Shown: positions 19,553 through 28,221 of the stretch, in pieces
Layout: the number at the start of each line of letters is the position of its first letter
Position numbering within the stretch: position 1 is the stretch's first letter
Assembly: GCA_005191425.1 (NCBI GenBank)
Contig: SUPR01000006.1
Location: 1-32,000 of the forward strand
Direction of reading: 5' to 3'
Length of the DNA: 32,000 nt
Source of the DNA: Candidatus Helarchaeota ASGARD archaeon Hel_GB_B
Lineage (GTDB): Archaea > Asgardarchaeota > Lokiarchaeia > Helarchaeales > HEL-GB-B
Translations under genes and position numbers: made by a program
The notes under the pieces: generated by a model
The model's database searches: none
Seen by the model: only the letters and a program-made list of their open reading frames with translations
Told to the model about the DNA's origin: nothing

Positions 19553-21313
19553 ATGCCAACTTATGGATTTATTGGAAAAATATTGAGAATAGACTTAAGT
19601 ACAGGTAATATTTCAGAAGAAAAACTAAGTGATGAACTTAAATTAAATTTTTTAGGTGGATCTGGAATTGGTTCCAAGATATTATATAATGAAATGCCTG
19701 AAAAAGCAGGTGCACTATCTCCAGATAATATTCTTATATTTATGACTGGCCCTTTAACGGGTACAGATGTTATAATGTCTGGAAAACATACTGTTATAGC
19801 AAAATCACCATTAACTGGAATTTTAGGCTATAGTAGTTGCGGAGGTTATTTTGGATATCATCTTAAAAAAGCTGGTTTTGATGGAATTATAATAAAAGGT
19901 GCTTCAGATAGTCCAGTCTATTTAGAGATAGATAATGGAAATGTCACCATTCAGAATGCATCTAATATTTGGGGTAAAAATATTTCACAAATCAAAAAGT
20001 TTGTTAAGGAAGAAATTAAATTTAATAGTTTTTCTGCTATTGGTCCTGCAGGCGAAAAACTAATAAATATTGCTAGTATCGTTGACATGGACTTTAGAAA
20101 TGCAGGTAGATGCGGTCTTGGCGCAGTAATGGGAAGTAAGAAACTTAAATTAATCGCACTAAAGGGTGATAACAAACCTCAATTAAAAAACCCAGAAGGT
20201 ATTAAAGAATTAAACCAAAAAATCATTAAAGACGCTAAAGAAAATTTTATCAAAAAGATGTTATTAGATAATTATAAAAAATTTGGTACCTCCGCTTTAT
20301 TCGGTATCTCAGCAATAATTGGAAATGTAGGAATAAAAAACTGGCAACTTAGAAAATGGAATGATTTCGCAAAGATTCAAGGACAAACATTAAATGAAAA
20401 ATATGTAGAAAAGACTTATGGATGTCATAGGTGTATTATTAGATGTGGAAGATTACTTAAGGACGGTAGCCATGGACCAGAATATGAAACTTTAGGAACA
20501 TTGGGGAGTATGTGTTTAAATTCAGATATTGAGTCAATAATCGAAATGAATAATATCTGTAATAACCAGGGTATTGACACGATTTCTTCAGGTTGTATTC
20601 TTGCATTTGTTATGGAATGCAGTGAGAAAAATCTAATCGATGAAAAACTGGATTGGGGCGACTCTACAAAAATGAAGCAATTATTAACCGAAATGTGCGA
20701 ATTATCAACAGAAACAGGTAAATTACTGGCAAAAGGAGTTAAACGTATCAGTGAAGAAATCCCTGATAGTAAAGAATTTGCATTTCATGTAAAAGGTATG
20801 GAAATACCAATGCATGACCCTCGCACAGGAATGGATTTAGCTTATGGTACAGCTTCGCGTGGGGCATGTCATTTACAAGCTCAGATGTTGACCAAAATGT
20901 TACCTCTTCCAGATTTGGGGATCAAATTTTTAACTTCAAAAGCAGAATTTATCAAAATAAACCAAGATTGGAATGCAGTCCTTGATTCTCTTTGTCTTTG
21001 TAAATTCGGAGTTGCACCACAAGGGCCTATTGATATTGTAGATGTTCCACAATATTTAAATTTAGCTATTGGATCTGAAAAAGATTTTACAGTCAAAGAT
21101 TTACTTACAATTGGTGAACGAATTTTTAATATACATAGACTTTTTGGAATTCGGGAAAAAAATTTAACTCCAGAAGATGATACTGTTCAAAATAGATTTC
21201 TTGAAAAGAACCCATCATATAATGTCGAACTTCGAGAATATTATAGGAAAAGAAGTTGGGATCGTAATGGAGTACCAACAAATGAATTACTCACTAAATT
21301 AAATTTAAGTTAA
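19553..21313 (+). CDS. aor: tungsten/molybdopterin aldehyde:ferredoxin oxidoreductase family
   Basis: ILRIDLSTG, FMTGPLTG, KSPLTG, AIGPAGEKL, AGRCGLGAVMGSKKLK, GCHRCIIRCG, GPEYETL, GIDTISSG, HVKGMEIPMHDPR, RGACH, EYYRKRSWDRNGVPT. Confidence 0.95.
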   Translation: MPTYGFIGKILRIDLSTGNISEEKLSDELKLNFLGGSGIGSKILYNEMPEKAGALSPDNILIFMTGPLTGTDVIMSGKHTVIAKSPLTGILGYSSCGGYFGYHLKKAGFDGIIIKGASDSPVYLEIDNGNVTIQNASNIWGKNISQIKKFVKEEIKFNSFSAIGPAGEKLINIASIVDMDFRNAGRCGLGAVMGSKKLKLIALKGDNKPQLKNPEGIKELNQKIIKDAKENFIKKMLLDNYKKFGTSALFGISAIIGNVGIKNWQLRKWNDFAKIQGQTLNEKYVEKTYGCHRCIIRCGRLLKDGSHGPEYETLGTLGSMCLNSDIESIIEMNNICNNQGIDTISSGCILAFVMECSEKNLIDEKLDWGDSTKMKQLLTEMCELSTETGKLLAKGVKRISEEIPDSKEFAFHVKGMEIPMHDPRTGMDLAYGTASRGACHLQAQMLTKMLPLPDLGIKFLTSKAEFIKINQDWNAVLDSLCLCKFGVAPQGPIDIVDVPQYLNLAIGSEKDFTVKDLLTIGERIFNIHRLFGIREKNLTPEDDTVQNRFLEKNPSYNVELREYYRKRSWDRNGVPTNELLTKLNLS

Positions 21314-21572
21314 ATAATCATCTCTTTTTTTAAATCTTCTATTTTTATTAAGTTAAAATACTTTTTTAGCTTTAAAAACCTTGTGAATTTAGGTCATTTA
21401 TTACTTAATTGTTAATCAATTGGGTATTTAATTGAAAATATTTTCTAAAATTCTTTTATATTATTTTTCACACAATTTTTTATTGAATTAGTAAGAAAGA
21501 ATATGAAAAATAATTAGAAGCATAATTTTGATAATTTTAAACTTATGTACTAATGTTATCATAGTGAAAATA

Positions 21573-22364
21573 ATGAAATCTAATAAAATAATAACAGGAA
21601 TTCAAGGATTTGATGAGTTGATTGAAGGTGGGCTAAATGAATGCGATTCTATACTGTTAATTGGGGGGCCTGGGACAGGTAAAACAATATTTGGACTTCA
21701 ATATATAGTTAATGGAATAAAATATTATAATGAGGCTGGACTGATTGTGCTATTGAAAAATCAAATAGAAGAAATTCGTTTAAAATTAAATTATTTCGGT
21801 TTAAATTTAGATAAATTAATAAATCGAAATCAACTGAATATACTTGATGTATCACCAATTATTACATTGATGGAAAATGGAAATTATAAAATAAAAATAA
21901 AAAATGAGTCAGATACATTAATTGGTGATAAAGATTTTAATATACGAGAGATAATTTCAAGTATTCACCTTAAAAGGAGAAAAATTGAATTTAAAAGGGT
22001 TTTAATTGATTCTTTAATGCCATTATTACTAAAATATGATGATTCATTTCTTTTTATGACTGAATTTGAATTATTATTAAAATCTTTAAAAAAAGCCAAT
22101 ATGACTTCACTGATTTTAACTGAAAATAGTTTTAATAACGATAATTTAAAAATAGCAACACATTTGGTAGATGGAGTAATAAAACTGACATTATCAAGAT
22201 ATGGAAATACTAAAATTAGATATTTGGACATTATTAAAATGTCGAACTTGGGCCATATCTTAGCTACCAAATTATTTGATATTTCAGAACTAGGTATCAA
22301 AATTTTATCTGATAAAAAGATTTCACTAAATGAATCAATTGAAACACTTGATTTAAAGGTATAA
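21573..22364 (+). CDS. single-domain KaiC/RAD55-like RecA-fold ATPase, apparently degenerate; start revised from 21528 to ATG 21573
   Basis: TGIQGFDELIEGGL, GGPGTGKT (Walker A), RVLIDSL (Walker B), VDGVIKL, RYLDIIKM. Confidence 0.85.
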   Translation: MKSNKIITGIQGFDELIEGGLNECDSILLIGGPGTGKTIFGLQYIVNGIKYYNEAGLIVLLKNQIEEIRLKLNYFGLNLDKLINRNQLNILDVSPIITLMENGNYKIKIKNESDTLIGDKDFNIREIISSIHLKRRKIEFKRVLIDSLMPLLLKYDDSFLFMTEFELLLKSLKKANMTSLILTENSFNNDNLKIATHLVDGVIKLTLSRYGNTKIRYLDIIKMSNLGHILATKLFDISELGIKILSDKKISLNESIETLDLKV

Positions 22365-22375
22365 GTGAGTATAAT

Positions 22376-23350
22376 ATGATCTGCATAGTAATATCATTTT
22401 TTGATAATATAAATGGACCAAGACCTTTATTAAGCATTCCAAATACATTAAATGATATAGATCTAAATAATATAGCTTCATTAATTGACAAAACCTTTGA
22501 GACAGGATTTTTTATTTATGAATTTCCTGAATATAAGACTGCTAATTATTTTTTTGAGATTGAATCCGAATGGGCTCGTGGAAACAAAGAAATGGTACTA
22601 TTAACCATTGTATTTGATTTGAATTTTGATTATAATTCATTGGATTTACAGACTATTATGAATGATTTTATAAATGAATTGTCCAATATTACTAACCTAT
22701 TTAAAGCATTTTATATTTTTGATTTTAATAGAAAAAAGGACAATGAAGTTAAATTTTATTATGAAAAATTGAAGGAACTTATTATAGATTTTAAAGGTTC
22801 TCTTCCAAAAGAAACTCTGGCAGTAAACCAGAATCAAATTAAAATTTTTGTTTTTGGACTTGATAGAGCAGGAAAATCTACTATACTAAATCGAGCGAAA
22901 ACCAATTTATTTGTTAAGACCTCTCCGACCATAAATTTGAATATAATGCACCTTTTATTTGGTAATATTCAACTTGATTGTTTTGATGTGAGTGGTCAAA
23001 AGCGATATCGATATACTTGGCGGAGGTTTATAGTTTCATCCCAGTATTTAGTTTTCGTATTAGATGTTAACAGAGAAGATAGATATGAAGAAGCAAAAAT
23101 TGAATTGTGGAAGGTCTTAAGTTATGAAGAAAGTAAAGGTATTCCGTTACTAATATTAATTAATAAGACAGACTTAAAAAAGAAAATAGACTTGAATTAT
23201 TTTATAAATTTTTTAAATTTGTATAAGATTAAGGACAGAAAATGGCATATTATGTCTACATCTGCATTATATAATCAAGGAATAAAAGAAGCATTTGAAT
23301 ATATAATAAAAGATTTATTGTCTAACCAATTAACAATGTTTTCTATGTGA
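22376..23350 (+). CDS. uDENN/longin-like domain fused to an Arf-like small GTPase
   Basis: N-terminal SFFDNINGPRPLLSIP...FEIESEWARGNKEMVLL. GTPase motifs GLDRAGKST, PTINLN, FDVSGQKRYRYTW, NKTD, TSALYNQGIKEAF. Confidence 0.88.
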   Translation: MICIVISFFDNINGPRPLLSIPNTLNDIDLNNIASLIDKTFETGFFIYEFPEYKTANYFFEIESEWARGNKEMVLLTIVFDLNFDYNSLDLQTIMNDFINELSNITNLFKAFYIFDFNRKKDNEVKFYYEKLKELIIDFKGSLPKETLAVNQNQIKIFVFGLDRAGKSTILNRAKTNLFVKTSPTINLNIMHLLFGNIQLDCFDVSGQKRYRYTWRRFIVSSQYLVFVLDVNREDRYEEAKIELWKVLSYEESKGIPLLILINKTDLKKKIDLNYFINFLNLYKIKDRKWHIMSTSALYNQGIKEAFEYIIKDLLSNQLTMFSM

Positions 23351-23377
23351 AAAAAATTTTAATTTATTTTTAATTTG

Positions 23378-23911
23378 TTATTTTTGAATTTGTGAGATTG
23401 TCATTAATATTTTTTTTCCCAAATTTTTGAATGCTAAATCAATATTTTCCCCTGTTTTAGCTGAAGTTTCTAAAAATTCAATTCTAAGTTCTTGTGCTAA
23501 TTTTTCGCCTTCACTTTTAGTGATCATTCGTTGTTCTGTTAAATCAACTTTATTTCCAACTAATATCATGGGAATTTTATGTCCTACATTTACCATTAAA
23601 CGAGAGAACCACTCTTTTACAGCATCAAAAGTATTTCTACGTGTAATATCATAAACTATTAATGCAGCTTCTGCTTTACCATAAAAACGCTTTGCCATAT
23701 TTTGAAAAAGGTTTTGCCCACCAATATCCCAGATAACAAATGTTAATTCAGTGTCCAGGTCTTCGAATAAATATTCTTTTGCCATAATATTGACGCCCAT
23801 AGTACTTTTATAATCATGAATAAATTTGTGATGGACAAATGAATTGAGAACCGCAGTTTTTCCTACCATATATGACCCAATTATTATTACTTTTTTCTTA
23901 ATTTTAATCAT
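23378..23911 (-). CDS. Rab-like small GTPase without a C-terminal prenylation Cys
   Basis: GSYMVGKT, YKSTMGVN, WDIGGQ, FYGKAEAALIVYDIT, GNKVDL, ETSAKTG. Its start overlaps the upstream stop (ATGA, 23908-23911). Confidence 0.93.
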   Translation of the reverse strand: MIKIKKKVIIIGSYMVGKTAVLNSFVHHKFIHDYKSTMGVNIMAKEYLFEDLDTELTFVIWDIGGQNLFQNMAKRFYGKAEAALIVYDITRRNTFDAVKEWFSRLMVNVGHKIPMILVGNKVDLTEQRMITKSEGEKLAQELRIEFLETSAKTGENIDLAFKNLGKKILMTISQIQK

Positions 23912-24903
23912 TTAAATTCCTCCCTTCTAGAAATCTGGTTTATTGGCCTTAATAACGAATAATATTTGTAAATGGGTTTAATGCTAAGTGAATTTTTGAC
24001 AATATTTGCTTTGCAGTCCAAACATTGGTAGAATTCATTCAATTCTTTAAAATATTTCTTACATTTTAAACAATAATGATAATGTCCTAATCTTTGATAG
24101 TCTACTCCTTCAGTTTCTAATTTAAGATTACATTTCATACAAATCATATCATTTTTTATGAACTCATTTTCAAAATCAATATGTCCACATTTAAAGTGTT
24201 CAATAATATTACCTTCAATTATCGTAGATGAATTACAAATTGGACAAATTTTCGATGTTTTAAGATGACTTGATCCACATGAAGGACAAACAACTAAATT
24301 ATCGACCATATATTTTCCTACTATATTTTGTTTTTCCAATTCTTTTAACAAATCTTCGGCTTTAATAGAATTTCCAGCAATTTGTTCCAACTTAGGATAA
24401 TGGACACCATGTATATAATCATATTGGGGAGTAAAAATCGTAGATGGATTTTTTTCTAGAAATTTGACTACTTTGGAAATTTTATACGCTATAATGGGAC
24501 TTACAGGACAATTATTAATTTCGGATATTTTACTCGCTTTTTCAACTATTTCATTAAATAATTGTGGAATAATTTCGTGAGCTTTATCTAAATTTTGGAT
24601 AATTTTATAAAATTGCTCTTTTAAAATTGGTTTAAAAAATCTTGGTGTTTCATTTTCTTCAAGAATTAACATCAAAAGTAAATTATTTTCCCTGCCGCCA
24701 TAATAACATGCGATATGAAATTCATCTGTAAAAAGGGCAGAGAATCGTTCAGTAGTAATATCACCCATTGTCTGAGAGGTAAAAATAAATAATACTTTTT
24801 CTGTATTAAAAACTTTTTTAATCTCATCATCATCTGGATAAATTTCATCTAGTATTGCTCCTATACTATCGTCCCAATGAATTAAAGCTAGTCCGATTGG
24901 CAT
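23908..24903 (-). CDS. longin/uDENN-like N-terminal domain fused to a multi-zinc-ribbon TackOD1-like domain; start likely ATG 24903
   Basis: MPIGLALIHWDDSIGAILDEIYP at the N-terminus. C-terminal HYPKL...CPSC..CPIC..IEHFKCGH..CMKC..GVDY..CLKC..CLDC (11 Cys). Confidence 0.75.
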   Translation of the reverse strand: MPIGLALIHWDDSIGAILDEIYPDDDEIKKVFNTEKVLFIFTSQTMGDITTERFSALFTDEFHIACYYGGRENNLLLMLILEENETPRFFKPILKEQFYKIIQNLDKAHEIIPQLFNEIVEKASKISEINNCPVSPIIAYKISKVVKFLEKNPSTIFTPQYDYIHGVHYPKLEQIAGNSIKAEDLLKELEKQNIVGKYMVDNLVVCPSCGSSHLKTSKICPICNSSTIIEGNIIEHFKCGHIDFENEFIKNDMICMKCNLKLETEGVDYQRLGHYHYCLKCKKYFKELNEFYQCLDCKANIVKNSLSIKPIYKYYSLLRPINQISRREEFK

Positions 24904-25146
24904 TTTTATTTTCAAGAGTTTTTTTAAAATAAATCAATAAAGTTAATTAATATTTACTATAAATTTAGTTTTCAGATGTTATTCATTAATCAAATTAATT
25001 AATATTTTTTTTATCTAAATTTTTGTGAAAATTTGTTGAAAGTCCGTTTTAAGTTCATTATAAATTCTAAAATAAATCTTTAAATTCTATAACATTCAAC
25101 TTATTCTAAACTTAAATTGTCAAAAGTTTAGAAGGATGTTCAATCT

Positions 25147-25782
25147 ATGATGCGTTTAATCTTTTTAGGTCTGCCTGGAGCAGGAAAAGGAACTCAATCT
25201 GAACGGATCAGTAAAATTTTTAATATACCTCAAATTTCTACGGGTGATATTTTAAGAGAAAATGTAAAAAAGGGAACTGAAATTGGTAAAAAGGCAAAAT
25301 CATATATGGACGAAGGTAAGTTAGTCCCAGATAGTATTATTATAGATATGATAAAAGAAAGATTATCTGCTAATGATTGCTCTGAAGGATATATTCTTGA
25401 CGGATTTCCACGTAATATTGACCAAGCCAAAGCACTTGAAACCTTTTCTAAAATTGATAAAGTAATTTTTATCGATGTCCCAACTGACGTCTTAATAGAA
25501 AGATTGACAGGAAGGAGAACTTGTAGAAAATGTAAAGCTGTATATCATATTAAATATAACCCCCCAAAAAATCCAGATGTATGCGATTTATGTGGCGGAG
25601 AACTATTTCAGAGAGATGACGATAAGGTAGAAGTGGTGCAAAAAAGAATCGATACTTATAATTCTAAAACTAAACCCCTCATTGATTATTATAAGAAAAA
25701 AAATATTTTAATAATTATAGATGGAAATCGCAATATAGATGAAATTACAACAGATATCGAAAAAAAGGTGAAAGGAAATTAG
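25147..25782 (+). CDS. adk: adenylate kinase, bacterial/NMP-kinase type with a Zn-binding LID
   Basis: GLPGAGKGTQ, ISTGDILR, LVPD, LDGFPR, CRKC-x16-CDLC LID, QRDDD. Confidence 0.96.
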   Translation: MMRLIFLGLPGAGKGTQSERISKIFNIPQISTGDILRENVKKGTEIGKKAKSYMDEGKLVPDSIIIDMIKERLSANDCSEGYILDGFPRNIDQAKALETFSKIDKVIFIDVPTDVLIERLTGRRTCRKCKAVYHIKYNPPKNPDVCDLCGGELFQRDDDKVEVVQKRIDTYNSKTKPLIDYYKKKNILIIIDGNRNIDEITTDIEKKVKGN

Positions 25783-26035
25783 TTATCAATAAAATTATAT
25801 AAATAATCGATATTATTTAAATTATTACCTATGATTTTAGAAATTATATACCAGAAAATTAGAAAATATTAAAATTTATTTTATTTTTTTACTTCTACTA
25901 TTCCTTTTGCTTGTATTTTACACACCTATTTTTATTAGACATAAAATAAAAGGTAAAAAAAATAAAGTTAAAAATTATTAAAAATTTTAAAGAAATAAGT
26001 TAAAAGGAGAATATTTTTTCTAATATCAACATTTT

Positions 26036-27346
26036 CTAAAGTTTGATGGTCTCTAAGGGTTTGGTTAAAAAGAATTCACCTTGTAATATCTTATTTTTTA
26101 AACTTAAACTTAATTTTATAGCTGTGCACCTATCACTTTGACGGAGTACAATTGGAACCTCTTTATTCTTTATTTCAATTGAACCAATATTGGCTGTAAA
26201 AACACCTAAAGGACATGAGAGACAAGTACCACAATGAAAACAGTTTTTTGTATCATATTCATTATTCTCATTGTACATATAAGGTCGCATCGGGCATAAA
26301 TCCAAAATTATACATGGACGCCTTCTTTTATTGACCTCAGACCAAGGAATACATAATGAACGCGGCTGATTACATAAATCAAAATTGACTTTTATAACTA
26401 GATCAGTATTTTGCCAGACTTTTGCATAATTTGAACTCATAAATGGGACTCGATCATGTATATCGGCTATAGGAAGTTCAATTGTTTCATCTGTTCGTTT
26501 TAAATTATTTAATATTGATTCATTGAGTACAGGAATTGGAACTGCAATTGAATTTATCATTTCAGGGCCATCAGATGTAATAAAACCGCCAAGATAATGG
26601 GGGTCCATTTTTAGAAAATCGGCGAATAAAGACAGATTGGGTTTAGTAGTTGAACTTCGCGTCCCTTTTCCTATGATATATCCAACTGAATTGTTAACAA
26701 GAATTCGAGTGCCAATTCCAATTGTAGCTAAATTTGGGTCTTTTTCTAACGGATTAATTTCTCCGCAGCCACTTATAGTCAGTCCTTTTAAAGGGCCGGG
26801 AAAATCTCTAACATGAAAAATAGTCTTTACCAAATCATTTTTAAGATTTGTAAATGCCATATAATTCTTAAAAGAATTTCTTGTGGCAATCATTTTTGCA
26901 AATTCAATGTCGTCTTTATAAATCTCTTTTTCTATCGTTTTATCCTCAATGGTCGTAATTACGCAATTAATAGGTTTGTTTTCAAGAATGTCCCTAAATA
27001 AATGCCCACCACCATAAGTTTTTGGTTTGTCTTCACTTTTTGCTGGTCCAAATACTTCAAATTCTACCATTCCCAATCGTTCATTTGGACATGGACCTAC
27101 AAAACCTGGAACACCATTAAGCAATATCTTCTTGGCTTTATGAAAAACGCCAGCTTCAGCAACTTTTATTGAAAAAAAAACGGTAGTACCACTCATTAAT
27201 CCTCTTGTTGCAGTAGTAACGACATCGACATCTTCAACCTTAATTGTCTCGCCATTTCTTACTCTTTGGCATAACTCTTCTGCCGTAAGTACAACGGCAG
27301 TTCCACTCTTTATTTTTTTATTTATTTCATCAATAGTTTTTTTCAA
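26036..27346 (-). CDS. DUF39/HcyBio-family metalloprotein with a ferredoxin-like insert (methanogenesis marker 16-like)
   Basis: KTIDEINKKIKSGTAVVLTAEE, DVDVVTTATRGLMSGT, GPCPNERLG, YGGGHLF, SGCGEINP, IGIGTRIL. A Cys cluster lies near the C-terminus, followed by VPIVLRQSDR. No CBS pair. Confidence 0.8.
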   Translation of the reverse strand: MKKTIDEINKKIKSGTAVVLTAEELCQRVRNGETIKVEDVDVVTTATRGLMSGTTVFFSIKVAEAGVFHKAKKILLNGVPGFVGPCPNERLGMVEFEVFGPAKSEDKPKTYGGGHLFRDILENKPINCVITTIEDKTIEKEIYKDDIEFAKMIATRNSFKNYMAFTNLKNDLVKTIFHVRDFPGPLKGLTISGCGEINPLEKDPNLATIGIGTRILVNNSVGYIIGKGTRSSTTKPNLSLFADFLKMDPHYLGGFITSDGPEMINSIAVPIPVLNESILNNLKRTDETIELPIADIHDRVPFMSSNYAKVWQNTDLVIKVNFDLCNQPRSLCIPWSEVNKRRRPCIILDLCPMRPYMYNENNEYDTKNCFHCGTCLSCPLGVFTANIGSIEIKNKEVPIVLRQSDRCTAIKLSLSLKNKILQGEFFLTKPLETIKL

Positions 27347-27524
27347 ATTTTACCTACCTAACCAAAATAGAGAAAATCTCCATTTATTAAGTCCATTTAG
27401 ATTTATCTCTGACATATTTTTATTTTAATATTATTTCATAAAAAAGGTTTCAATTTATTATTTGATTATTTCTATATTTATTGTAAATTTTAATTTTAAC
27501 TTTTTTGCTTTATAACTTAAAAAT

Positions 27525-27776
27525 TTAAGAAGTTTGAGTAGGTATATATTCTTCAAGGACTAATGCACTAGTTGGACAAGCCATCATACATACAAAACAT
27601 TCTTTATCTCGTGTATTATCTACATGTTCAAAACACAGGTCGAGGTTGACTTGAAAATCGTCTTCTTCATATGATATTGCCCCAACTGGACAAGCATTAA
27701 CACAACTCATACATTTTTTACATTTTGCTTTATTTTTTAAAACTGGAATTAAATGTTCATTTTCCATTTTAGACAC
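27525..27776 (-). CDS. 2x[4Fe-4S] dicluster ferredoxin
   Basis: CKKCMSCVNACP and C-x11-CFVCMMACP. Confidence 0.9.
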   Translation of the reverse strand: MSKMENEHLIPVLKNKAKCKKCMSCVNACPVGAISYEEDDFQVNLDLCFEHVDNTRDKECFVCMMACPTSALVLEEYIPTQTS

Positions 27777-28221
27777 TTTTCTTGTTTTAAATAGTAATTC
27801 TAGAAATTTATTTGTAAATTAGAAATTTTTATAATATTTAGAAATTTCTGCATTTTTTTTACAATTTTGATTTTCAGTTTTTTAATTTAAAATTAAATAA
27901 GGAAATTAAGACGGACTTTAGCTCCGTATAAAATAAAACAAATATCATCATTCTTTAAAATGATGGGCAAATTAAATGAAAAAATTGATGATTTAAAAAT
28001 TATTATTTCAATTATGAAAAAATAATTCACTAACTAAAAAAAATGAAGAGAAATTATCCAAAATCAAATTAAATATATAAATTATTAAAATTAGTGTTTT
28101 TCCACGTATTTTATTTATTTTGATTAGAATTCAAGTTAATAATTAACATCCGATTTAAAAAAAATATTAAAAAAAATATTGAAGTTTAATTTTTGTTTTT
28201 TATTTACTTTTTTCTTAAACG

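Noticed and set aside
21573-22364. Circadian clock KaiC
   Set aside because: Single domain, no CII phosphorylation region, and no kaiA/kaiB nearby.
23378-23911. Bulky residues in the Rab P-loop (GSYMVGKT) as evidence of a constitutively active GTPase
   Set aside because: These positions vary widely in prokaryotic and Asgard small GTPases, and the G3 Gln is retained. The evidence is too weak to claim.
27897-28025. 42-codon open stretch IRKLRRTLAPYKIKQISSFFKMMGKLNEK...
   Set aside because: No start codon until late, no recognisable motif, and such a length can arise by chance.
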